In this document: positions 9,391 to 17,951 of the stretch, one piece after another | Numbering within the stretch: the stretch's first letter is position 1 | Layout: every line of letters starts with the position of its first letter | Assembly: GCA_038231135.1 (NCBI GenBank) | Contig: JBBRLX010000001.1 | Location: forward strand, 96,001 to 160,000 | Direction: 5' to 3' | Length of the DNA stretch: 64,000 nucleotides | Origin: Candidatus Eiseniibacteriota bacterium | GTDB lineage: Bacteria > Eisenbacteria > RBG-16-71-46 | Made by a program: the position numbers and the translations under genes | The notes under the pieces: model-generated | Seen by the model: only the letters and a program-made list of their open reading frames with translations | Databases searched by the model: none | Told to the model about the DNA's origin: nothing

Positions 9391-10394
9391 ATCTCGAGGA
9401 CGGCCACGCGTATTCGGGCAAGGGCGTATGGGCGCTGATCGCCAAGATCGGGCTCAGCCTCGCGTTGATGGTGTTCCTGTTCCGGCGCATCCCGCTGCAC
9501 GAGGTGCTCGAATCCATTCGCACCGCGGATCGCTCGTGGCTGCTCGCGGCGGTCCTGCTGCTGGTGGCGAGCAACGTGCTGGGCGCCTATCAATGGGAGC
9601 GGCTGCTGCGCGCCGTCGACATCCGCATCCCGTTCTGGAAGGTGTGCGCCTATTACCACGTCGGGCTGTTCTTCAACAATTTCCTGCCCGCAAACATCGG
9701 CGGCGACATCGCGCGGGTGCTCGACGCGTCGCGTCACGGGCCCAACCGCGGGACGGTCGTGTCCACGGTGATCATGGACCGGCTGCTGGGGACGGTGGCG
9801 CTCGCCGGCATGGCGCTGATCATGACGCTGCCCGCGATCAACCGGTTCCACCTCGCGTTCGTGTACCTGGCGCTCGTGGGATTCTTCGCGTTCAGCGTGA
9901 TGCTGGTGTGGGCGATCTTCCATCCCGGGCTGCTGCCCCAGGTGGAGCGGGTGCTCGCCCGGGTCGGATTCCGCTCGCTGGGCCCGCACCTGGACGACCT
10001 GGCGGAGCGGATTCGACATTTCCGTGACCGTCGCGGATTGTTTGCCGGACTGCTCGCCATGGCGATGGTGGTGCAATTGTCGAGGATTTTCGTGCACGTC
10101 CTGGTGGCGCGCGCGCTCGGGCTGGCGATCCCGCTCACCTACTTCCTGCTTTTCGTTCCGCTGCTGGGGGTGATAGTCTCGCTGCCCATCTCGTTGAACG
10201 GCATCGGGGTGCGCGAGGGGGCGGGGGTCGTGCTGTTCGGACTCGTCGGCGTCGGACGCGCACAGGCGTTCTCACTTCAATTCACTACTTATCTGGTGGC
10301 GGTGGCCGTGAGTCTGTTGGGCGGGATGATTTTCCTGGCACGCATTCCCCGCCGTCGCAGAGCCGAACGGCTGGCCGCACGGAGGTCTTCCTGA
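9387..10394 (+). CDS. LPG-synthase TM (UPF0104) flippase-like membrane protein
   Basis: FFNNFLPANIGGD, DRLLG, LPISLNGIGVRE; multiple TM helices. Confidence 0.85.
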   Translation: MNLEDGHAYSGKGVWALIAKIGLSLALMVFLFRRIPLHEVLESIRTADRSWLLAAVLLLVASNVLGAYQWERLLRAVDIRIPFWKVCAYYHVGLFFNNFLPANIGGDIARVLDASRHGPNRGTVVSTVIMDRLLGTVALAGMALIMTLPAINRFHLAFVYLALVGFFAFSVMLVWAIFHPGLLPQVERVLARVGFRSLGPHLDDLAERIRHFRDRRGLFAGLLAMAMVVQLSRIFVHVLVARALGLAIPLTYFLLFVPLLGVIVSLPISLNGIGVREGAGVVLFGLVGVGRAQAFSLQFTTYLVAVAVSLLGGMIFLARIPRRRRAERLAARRSS

Positions 10395-13078
10395 TGGATG
10401 CGGCGCGTCGCGCCACGTATGGCATCGCCCTCCTCGTCTTCCTCATCGCCGCCACCGTCTACCTGATCACGCTCACGCCTACCGTGCCATTCTGGGACGC
10501 CGGCGAATTCATCGCGGTGTCCAAGATCCTCGGCATCCCGCATCCCCCCGGCACGCCGCTGTACGTGATGCTGGGGCGCATCGCCACGCTGATCCCGTGG
10601 GGCACCGGCGTCAGCGCCTTCGCCCGGCGCGTGAACGCGATGTCGGCGCTGCCGTCGGCGCTCGCCGTGATGTTTACGTATCTGTGCACGCTCAAGTTCG
10701 TGCGTCTCGCGCTGCGCGGTCCGGTGACCGAGCCCGCGCCGCGCGCGGGCCGCCCGTCCGACGCCCCGGTCGCAGACCTCGCGCCGCCGGCGGGCCTGCC
10801 GTGGACCGAGATCATCGCGCAGGTCGGCGGCATCGTCGGCGCCCTGATGCTCGCGTTCTCCGACTCGTTCTGGGAGAACTCGATCGAGGCCGAGGTCTAC
10901 CAGATGATGAGCCTCGGCTCGATCCTGGTGTTCTGGCTCGGCCTGCGCTGGTGGGAGGAGCATGACCGCAAGCCCAACGTGAAATACCTGCTGATCGCCA
11001 CCTACGTGCTGTGGCTGAGCATCGGGTTGCACCTCGGCGTCGGCGTGATGGGCCTGCCGCTGGTGGTGCTGATCGCGCTCGTCGACTGGCGCGTGGCGGT
11101 GCTGTTTGCGATGCCGTTCCTGTCGATCCTGCGCGTGGTCGCCGGCCTCGAGCGCATGGCGGGAGCGGTGCTGATCCTGTCGCTCGGCACGTTCGTGGTG
11201 TGGTACTTCCAGCGCAAGATGCCCGGGCCGCTCGTGCTGCTGAGCGCCGTGGGCACCGCGATCGGCTCCTACTACGCATTCACGGACGCCACGTTCACCC
11301 CGACGGCGGCGGTGCTGTCGGCGCTCGGCGTCATCGGACCGCTGGCGTGGCTCGCGCGCACCCGCAGCGAGGGCCGCATCCTGCTGCTCGCCCTGTTCCT
11401 GATGATCGCGGGCTACTCGACGCATCTCTACCTGCCGATCCGCGCCGCGCAGCACCCCGGCGTGAACGAAGGCGCGCCCGACAACTGGGACAAGCTGCGC
11501 GATCTGCTCGAGCGCAAGCAGTACGGCGAGATGAACATGTTCGTGCGCCGGGCGCCGCTGTCGGTCCAGCTCGACAAGGAATTCTGGCGGTACTTCAGCC
11601 GCCAGTGGCCGCTGTTTCCGACCGGCCGGCTGTGGGGTGTGCTGCTGCCGCTCGCGCTCGGCCTCGCGGGGGCGTGGTGGCTCGGGCGCCGGAATCGAAC
11701 ATCGTTCCTCTACACGTTCGTATTCTTCGGGCTCAATACCGCAGGACTCATCCTGTTCCTCAACTTCAGCGATCACGAGGTGCGGGACCGCGACTACTTC
11801 TACCAGAGCGGCTACCACGCGTACGCGATCTTCATCGGCGTGGGCGCGGCGTGGCTGATCCACTGGGTGCGGGACTCGTTCGACGAGGGATCGGCGCGCC
11901 GCTACCTGACCGCGTTCACCGCGCTGCTGATGCTCGCGATGCCGTTCCTGATGATGAAGACGCTGTGGTTCACGCACGACCGCCGCGGCAACTACGTGGC
12001 CCACGACTACGCCTACAACATGCTGGCGCCGCTGGCGCCGAATTCGTTCGTGTTCACGAACGGCGACAACGACACGTTCCCGCTGTGGTACATGCAGCAG
12101 GTCGAGGACTTCCGCCGTGACGTGCGGGTGGTGAACCTGAGCCTGCTGAACACCGACTGGTACATCCGGCAGCTGCGGGACGAGGAGCCGAAGGTGCCGA
12201 TCCAGCTCGACGACCGCACGGTCGACATGCTCGGGGTCGGCGCGATCCGTGACAGCACCGGCAACATCGTCTACACCAGCCGGTTCATGGTGGATCACAT
12301 CATCCGCCAGGACCGCAAGCCCGACGGCACGTGGAAGAAGCAACCGTACTTCGCCGTCACCGTGCCGGAGCACATGGGGCTCGACAAGAACTTCACGCTC
12401 GAGGGCCTGGTCTACCGCGTGAACCCCGAGTCGACCACCGTCCAGATCGACGAGGCGGTGACCCGCCATTCGCTGTACGACGTGTTCATGTACCGCGGGC
12501 TGTTCAAGCCCGACGGCTCATGGGATCCCGGCGTGTTCAAGGACGAGAACGCCGCGACGCTGTCGCGCAACTACGCAGCGGCGCACCTGCAGCTCGCGTT
12601 CCTGTACCGCAAGCGCGGCCAGCTCGATCGCGGGATCGCCGAGATGGAGCGCGTGGCGCGCATGTTCCCGGACTACACCGACGTGATGGTGCCGCTCGGC
12701 AGCTTCTACATGGACAAGGGCGACACCGCGCGCGCGCTGGCGCTGTTCAAAAAGATCTCGGAACGCAATCCGCAGGACGTCGAGGCGCGCTACTACTACG
12801 GCGTGATCCTGGCGTATCGCGGCAACGTGCCCGAGGCGCTGGCGCAGCTCGACCAGGTGATCCGCACCGATCCCACGTACACGATGGCCTACTACGCGGC
12901 CTACTTCACGCTGTCGGAGCGCGGCGACAAGCAGCGCGCCATGGGATACCTCGAGCGGTGGGTCGAGGCGAACCCCAACGACGCGCAGGCGCAACAGTTG
13001 CTCGAGCAGCAGCGCCGCGCCATGGGGCTGGCGCAGCCGCCGGCCGCGATCCGTCCGCCGGTGCCGAACCTGCCCTAG
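10394..13078 (+). CDS. DUF2723 / TMEM260-like GT-C protein with C-terminal TPRs
   Basis: PTVPFWDAGEFI..LGIPHPPGTPLY, EAEVY, YLPIRA, GDNDTFPLWY, VNLSLLNTDWY; TPR-like helices at the C-terminus. Confidence 0.9.
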   Translation: MDAARRATYGIALLVFLIAATVYLITLTPTVPFWDAGEFIAVSKILGIPHPPGTPLYVMLGRIATLIPWGTGVSAFARRVNAMSALPSALAVMFTYLCTLKFVRLALRGPVTEPAPRAGRPSDAPVADLAPPAGLPWTEIIAQVGGIVGALMLAFSDSFWENSIEAEVYQMMSLGSILVFWLGLRWWEEHDRKPNVKYLLIATYVLWLSIGLHLGVGVMGLPLVVLIALVDWRVAVLFAMPFLSILRVVAGLERMAGAVLILSLGTFVVWYFQRKMPGPLVLLSAVGTAIGSYYAFTDATFTPTAAVLSALGVIGPLAWLARTRSEGRILLLALFLMIAGYSTHLYLPIRAAQHPGVNEGAPDNWDKLRDLLERKQYGEMNMFVRRAPLSVQLDKEFWRYFSRQWPLFPTGRLWGVLLPLALGLAGAWWLGRRNRTSFLYTFVFFGLNTAGLILFLNFSDHEVRDRDYFYQSGYHAYAIFIGVGAAWLIHWVRDSFDEGSARRYLTAFTALLMLAMPFLMMKTLWFTHDRRGNYVAHDYAYNMLAPLAPNSFVFTNGDNDTFPLWYMQQVEDFRRDVRVVNLSLLNTDWYIRQLRDEEPKVPIQLDDRTVDMLGVGAIRDSTGNIVYTSRFMVDHIIRQDRKPDGTWKKQPYFAVTVPEHMGLDKNFTLEGLVYRVNPESTTVQIDEAVTRHSLYDVFMYRGLFKPDGSWDPGVFKDENAATLSRNYAAAHLQLAFLYRKRGQLDRGIAEMERVARMFPDYTDVMVPLGSFYMDKGDTARALALFKKISERNPQDVEARYYYGVILAYRGNVPEALAQLDQVIRTDPTYTMAYYAAYFTLSERGDKQRAMGYLERWVEANPNDAQAQQLLEQQRRAMGLAQPPAAIRPPVPNLP

Positions 13079-13153
13079 GGTTCGGGCACGGGACCACCTT
13101 AGTCGCGGTCGATCACAGGAGCCCGCCCGTCGCGGCGGCTGGAAAGGAACCGG

Positions 13154-14110
13154 ATGGCGCAACGGCACGCTCTGGTGACGGGGGCGGCGGGGTTCATCGG
13201 CTCGACGCTCACGGAACGCCTGCTCGCGATGGACGTGCGGGTGACGGGCGTCGACCTGTTCACCGACTACTACGATCCGGCGTTCAAGCGCCGCAACGTG
13301 GCGGCGGCCGTGGCGCACCCGAACTTCCGGCTGCTCGAGCTGGACCTGGGTGAAGCCGACCTCGCCGCGCTGCCGGATGCCGACGTGGTGTACCATCAGG
13401 CCGCGCAGCCCGGCGTGCGCGCGTCGTGGGGCGCCGAGTTCGCGGTCTACACGCATCACAACGTGCTCGCGACGCAGCGCCTGCTCGAGCGCTATCGCGG
13501 CACCGCGCTCGAGCGCTTCGTCTACGCGTCGTCGTCGTCGGTGTACGGCGACGCCGAGCAGTACCCCACGTCCGAGACGCTGCTGCCGCGGCCGTTCTCG
13601 CCCTACGGCGTCACCAAGCTCGCGGCCGAGCACCTGGTGCTGCTCTACGGCCGCAACTTCGGCCTGCCGGTGGCGGCGCTGCGCTACTTCACGGTCTACG
13701 GGCCGCGCCAGCGCCCCGACATGGCGTTCCACCGGTTCGCACGCGCGATGCTCAAGGGCGAGCCGATCGTGGTCTACGGCGACGGCACCCAGTCGCGCGA
13801 CTTCACGTTCATCGCCGACGCGGTCGAGGCGAACGTGCGCGCCTGGCAGCGCAGCGCGCCGCAGGGCGTCTACAACGTGGGCGGCGGTTCGCAGGTCGAC
13901 GTGCTGCAGGCGATCGCGATCCTCGAATCCGCGCTGGGCGTGAAGGCCCAGATCGAGTTCCAGCCGCGGCCCCCGGGCGACCCGATGCGCACCCGCGCCG
14001 ACGCCACGCGCATCCGCGCCGATTTCGATTTCGTTCCGGCCACCCCCATCGAACAGGGCCTCGCGGCCGAGGCCGACTGGGCCCGCGAGGTGTACGCGGC
14101 GCGCGTATGA
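13154..14110 (+). CDS. NAD-dependent epimerase, UDP-glucuronate 4-epimerase-like
   Basis: TGAAGFIG, AAQPGVR, YGVTK, YFTVYGPRQRPDMA. Confidence 0.9.
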   Translation: MAQRHALVTGAAGFIGSTLTERLLAMDVRVTGVDLFTDYYDPAFKRRNVAAAVAHPNFRLLELDLGEADLAALPDADVVYHQAAQPGVRASWGAEFAVYTHHNVLATQRLLERYRGTALERFVYASSSSVYGDAEQYPTSETLLPRPFSPYGVTKLAAEHLVLLYGRNFGLPVAALRYFTVYGPRQRPDMAFHRFARAMLKGEPIVVYGDGTQSRDFTFIADAVEANVRAWQRSAPQGVYNVGGGSQVDVLQAIAILESALGVKAQIEFQPRPPGDPMRTRADATRIRADFDFVPATPIEQGLAAEADWAREVYAARV

Positions 14111-15048
14111 CCGCGTCCTCGATCACTGCTGTCATCCCCGCGTACAACGAGAGCGAGAGCCTCACCGAGCTCCACCGCGAACTGGTGCTGGCGCTCGACG
14201 CGCTCGGCTGCCCGTGGGACGTGGTGTACGTCGACGACGGGTCCCGCGACGGCACCGAAGGGGTGATCGAGGCGCTGTCGGCGAACGACCCGCGGGTCGC
14301 GGGCATCGTGCTGCGGCGGAACTTCGGCAAGTCGGCCGCGCTCGCGACCGGGTTCCGACACGCGCGCGGCGAGTGGATCCTGACGCTCGATGCCGACCTG
14401 CAGGACGACCCCGCCGAGCTGCCGAAGCTCGTCGCCGCGCTCGAGGGCGGGTTCGACCTGGTGTCGGGCTGGAAGGTGAACCGCCAGGATCCGATCACGA
14501 AGACGCTGCCGTCCAAGCTGTTCAACGCCGTCACGTCGGCGGTCGCGGGCATCCGGCTGCACGACTTCAACTGCGGATTCAAGCTGTACCGCCGCGAGGT
14601 GGTCGAGTCGATCGAGGTCTACGGCGAGCTCCACCGGTTCATGCCGGCGCTCGCGCACTGGCGCGGATTCCGCGTGGGCGAGGTCGGCGTGCGCCATCGC
14701 GCCCGGCGGTTCGGCAAGAGCAAGTTCGGGCCGGCGCGGTTCATCAACGGCTTCCTCGACCTCATGGGCGCCGCGTTCATCTCGACGTCGGCGCTCAAGC
14801 CGCTGCACGTGTTCGGCCGCATCGGCATCGCGTTCCTGGTGCTCGGCTGCCTGCCCGGAGTGTTCTTCGTGAGCCAGTGGATCCACCACGAGCCGCTGCG
14901 CGTGCGGCCGCTCATGCTGCTCGGCGTGGGGATGGTGCTCGTCGGCATCCAGTTCGTGCTGATGGGCCTGCTGGGCGAGATGATCGCCCACATGGGCTCG
15001 CGGGTGGACTACCCGATCCGCCGCTACCTGCGCTGCGGGAAGCTGTGA
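14107..15048 (+). CDS. GT2 polyprenol-phosphate glycosyltransferase (ArnC/GtrB-like)
   Basis: IPAYNE, VDDGSRD, RNFGKS, DADLQDDP, two C-terminal TM helices. Confidence 0.9.
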   Translation: MTASSITAVIPAYNESESLTELHRELVLALDALGCPWDVVYVDDGSRDGTEGVIEALSANDPRVAGIVLRRNFGKSAALATGFRHARGEWILTLDADLQDDPAELPKLVAALEGGFDLVSGWKVNRQDPITKTLPSKLFNAVTSAVAGIRLHDFNCGFKLYRREVVESIEVYGELHRFMPALAHWRGFRVGEVGVRHRARRFGKSKFGPARFINGFLDLMGAAFISTSALKPLHVFGRIGIAFLVLGCLPGVFFVSQWIHHEPLRVRPLMLLGVGMVLVGIQFVLMGLLGEMIAHMGSRVDYPIRRYLRCGKL

Positions 15049-15740
15049 TGCGCGCGTTCATCCTCGCGGGCGGGCAGGGCACGCGGCTCAAGGCGCGGTT
15101 CGGCGACCTGCCGAAGCCGCTGGCGCCGATCGGCGGCGTGCCGTTCCTCGCGCGCCAGCTCGACTGGCTCGCCGGCTACGGTGTGCGCGACGCGGTGCTG
15201 TGCGTCGGCTACGGCGCGGACCAGGTCGAGGCGACGCTCGGCGACGGCCTCGCCCACGGCGTGACGCTGCGCTATTCGGTCGAGGACGAGCCGCTCGGCA
15301 CCGGCGGCGCGCTGGCGCGGGCGCACGGCCTGGTGCTGGGTCCCACGCTGGTCGTGAACGGCGACACGCTGCCGGAGTGCGACCCGTGGGCGATCGAGCG
15401 CGACCGCTGGGAGCGCGGTGCGATCGGTGCGGTCGGGCTGTTCCACGTCGACGACGCGCGGTCGCGCGGCCGCGTCGAGCTCGACGACCGGGGCGCGATC
15501 GCCGCGTTTCGCGAGAAGGACGCGGACGACTCCGGCGGGGCCTGGGTGAACGGCGGCGTATACGCGTTCGACGCCGCGCTGTGGCGCCTGCTGCCCGCGG
15601 GCCCGTCGTCGCTCGAGCGCGACGTGCTGCCGCGGCTCGCGGCGGCCGGCCGGCTGATCGGCCACCGCTCGCCGGGACGGTTCTTCGACATCGGCACGCC
15701 CGAGGACTGGGAGCGCGCGGACCGGGAGCTGACGCGATGA
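15048..15740 (+). CDS. Sugar-phosphate nucleotidyltransferase, HddC-like
   Basis: LAGGQGTRL..PKPL, EPLGTGGA, VNGD, SLERD, FFDIGTPED; adjacent to an HddA-like kinase. Confidence 0.85.
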   Translation: MRAFILAGGQGTRLKARFGDLPKPLAPIGGVPFLARQLDWLAGYGVRDAVLCVGYGADQVEATLGDGLAHGVTLRYSVEDEPLGTGGALARAHGLVLGPTLVVNGDTLPECDPWAIERDRWERGAIGAVGLFHVDDARSRGRVELDDRGAIAAFREKDADDSGGAWVNGGVYAFDAALWRLLPAGPSSLERDVLPRLAAAGRLIGHRSPGRFFDIGTPEDWERADRELTR

Positions 15741-16765
15741 AGACGCCGCACTACCTGCGCGCGCGTGCGCCGCTGCGGCTGTCGTTCTGCGGCGGCGGCA
15801 CCGACGTGTCGCCGTATCCCGAGGAGCACGGTGGCATGGTGCTGTCGGCGACCATCAACCAGTACGCCTACGCGTCGCTGCGGCCGCGGCGCGATTCGAA
15901 GCTCACGCTCGCGAGCCTCGACTACGACATGCTGGTGAAGTATGCCCACCCGCGGCGCATGCGGCTCGACGGCAACCTCGACCTGATCAAGACGGCGGTG
16001 CGCGCGCTCAAGGTGAAACGCGGCGCCGACCTGTGGTTCCACTCCGACGCCCCGCCCGGCTCCGGGCTCGGTTCGTCGTCGACGCTGTGCGTGGCGCTGA
16101 TCGGCGTGCTCGGCGAGTGGCTGAACAAGTCGTTCACCAGCTACGACGCGGCCGAGCTGGCGTACCGCGTCGAGCGCATCGACCTGGGGCTCGCCGGCGG
16201 CAGGCAGGATCAGTACGCCGCGGCGTTCGGCGGCTTCAACTTCATCGAGTTCAACCCCGACTCGACGGTCGTGAACCCGCTGCGCATCCGGCCGGAGGTC
16301 GTGCTCGAGCTCGAGGCCCGCATGCTGCTGTGCTACATGGGCCAGACCCGGCAGTCGGCGAACATCATCGAGAAGCAGGTGGCGAACTATCGCCGCGGCC
16401 GCGAGGAGACGGTGCGGGCGCTGCACGACCTCAAGCTCCAGACGATCGAGATGAAGAAGGCGCTGCTGCTCGGCGACATGGACGGGTTCGGCGAGCTGCT
16501 GCACGAGGCGTGGGAGCACAAGAAGCAGCTCGAACCCGGCATCTCGACCGGCCACATCGACAAGCTGTACCAGCTCGCCCGCAAGGAGGGCGCGATCGGC
16601 GGCAAGATGCCGGGTGCCGGCGGCGGCGGCTACTTCCTGTTCCTCACGCGCTACGACCGCCAGCACCGCGTCGCCGCCGCGCTCACGAAGCTGGGCGGGC
16701 AGGTGGTCCCGTTCCAATTCGAGCCGCGCGGGCTCCTCAGCTGGTCCGCTCCGCGCTCGCGGTGA
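15737..16765 (+). CDS. hddA: GHMP kinase, heptose-7-phosphate kinase HddA-like
   Basis: RAPLRLSFCGGGTD, PPGSGLGSSS, GGRQDQYAAAFGGFNFIEF, GAGGGG. Confidence 0.8.
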   Translation: MKTPHYLRARAPLRLSFCGGGTDVSPYPEEHGGMVLSATINQYAYASLRPRRDSKLTLASLDYDMLVKYAHPRRMRLDGNLDLIKTAVRALKVKRGADLWFHSDAPPGSGLGSSSTLCVALIGVLGEWLNKSFTSYDAAELAYRVERIDLGLAGGRQDQYAAAFGGFNFIEFNPDSTVVNPLRIRPEVVLELEARMLLCYMGQTRQSANIIEKQVANYRRGREETVRALHDLKLQTIEMKKALLLGDMDGFGELLHEAWEHKKQLEPGISTGHIDKLYQLARKEGAIGGKMPGAGGGGYFLFLTRYDRQHRVAAALTKLGGQVVPFQFEPRGLLSWSAPRSR

Positions 16766-16775
16766 CGGAGCGGCG

Positions 16776-17951
16776 ATGACGCCGCGCCGGCGGATCGCGC
16801 TCGTGGGTCCGCTCGCGCCGTGGCGCGGCGGACTCGCGCAGTACCTGGCGCAGCTCGGCGAGGCGCTGGTCCCGTATGCCGACGTCCAGGGCGTCACGTT
16901 CACGCGCCAGTACCCGGGGCTGCTGTTTCCGGGCGCGAGCCAGCTCGACCCGGCGGCCACGCGGCCGTCGTTCCCGGTGGCGGCGCTGCTCGACACCATC
17001 GATCCCCTGAGCTGGCGCCGCGCCGCCGCGCACCTCGTGCGGCTGGCGCCCGAGGCGATCATCCTCAAGTGGTGGATGCCGTTCTTCGGTCCCGCGTTCG
17101 CGGGCGCCGTGGGCCGGGCCCGCCGCCACGGCTCGCGCGTGGTGCTGGTGTGCGACAACCTGGTGCCGCACGAGCGCCGCCCGCTCGACACGACGTTCAC
17201 GCGCTGGATGCTGCGCCAGTCCGACGGGTTCCTCGTGATGTCGGACGCGGTCGAGCGCGACCTCGACCGGCTGGTGCCGGGCGCCGTGCGCCGCCGCGTC
17301 GCGCACCCGCTCTACGCGCAGTTCGACCAGGGCCGCTGGGAGCGCGCCAGCGCGCGTGCGCGGCTGGGGCTCGCGCCCGACGACGAGGTGGTGCTGTTCT
17401 TCGGCTACGTGCGGCGCTACAAGGGGCTCGATACGCTGCTCGAAGCGTGGCCGCGGGTGCGCGCCCGGCGGCCGCGCGCCGTGCTGGTGGTGGCGGGCGA
17501 GTTCTACGAAGATGCGGGTCCGTACCGGTTGCTGGCGGAGCGCGCGGGGGGCGAGCCCGCGGTGCGGCTGCTCGAGCGCTATCTGCCGGACGAGGAGGTC
17601 GAGGCCGTGTTCAAGGCGGCGGACGTCGTGGTGCTGCCGTACCGCTCGGCCACCCAGAGCGGCGTCACCCACGTCGCCTACGCGCTCGGAGTGCCCGTGA
17701 TCACCACCGACGTCGGAGGACTGGCCGAGACCGTGACGCCCGCGACCGGGCTCGTGGTGCCGCCCGACAACCCCGAGGCGCTCGCCGCCGCGATCGTCCG
17801 CTACTTCGCCGACGGCCTGGGCCCGGCACTGCGCCTGGGCGTGGAACGCGTGCGGTGGCAGCAGTCGTGGGACGTGCTCGCGCGCGAGACGCTGGAGCTG
17901 ATCGACGCGCTCACCCCCGGCCGCGCGCCGGCGGCCGGCGGGGCGCGATGA
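16776..17951 (+). CDS. Glycosyltransferase family 4
   Basis: PWRGGL, FFGYVRRYKGL, PYRSATQSGV, TDVGGL. Confidence 0.9.
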   Translation: MTPRRRIALVGPLAPWRGGLAQYLAQLGEALVPYADVQGVTFTRQYPGLLFPGASQLDPAATRPSFPVAALLDTIDPLSWRRAAAHLVRLAPEAIILKWWMPFFGPAFAGAVGRARRHGSRVVLVCDNLVPHERRPLDTTFTRWMLRQSDGFLVMSDAVERDLDRLVPGAVRRRVAHPLYAQFDQGRWERASARARLGLAPDDEVVLFFGYVRRYKGLDTLLEAWPRVRARRPRAVLVVAGEFYEDAGPYRLLAERAGGEPAVRLLERYLPDEEVEAVFKAADVVVLPYRSATQSGVTHVAYALGVPVITTDVGGLAETVTPATGLVVPPDNPEALAAAIVRYFADGLGPALRLGVERVRWQQSWDVLARETLELIDALTPGRAPAAGGAR

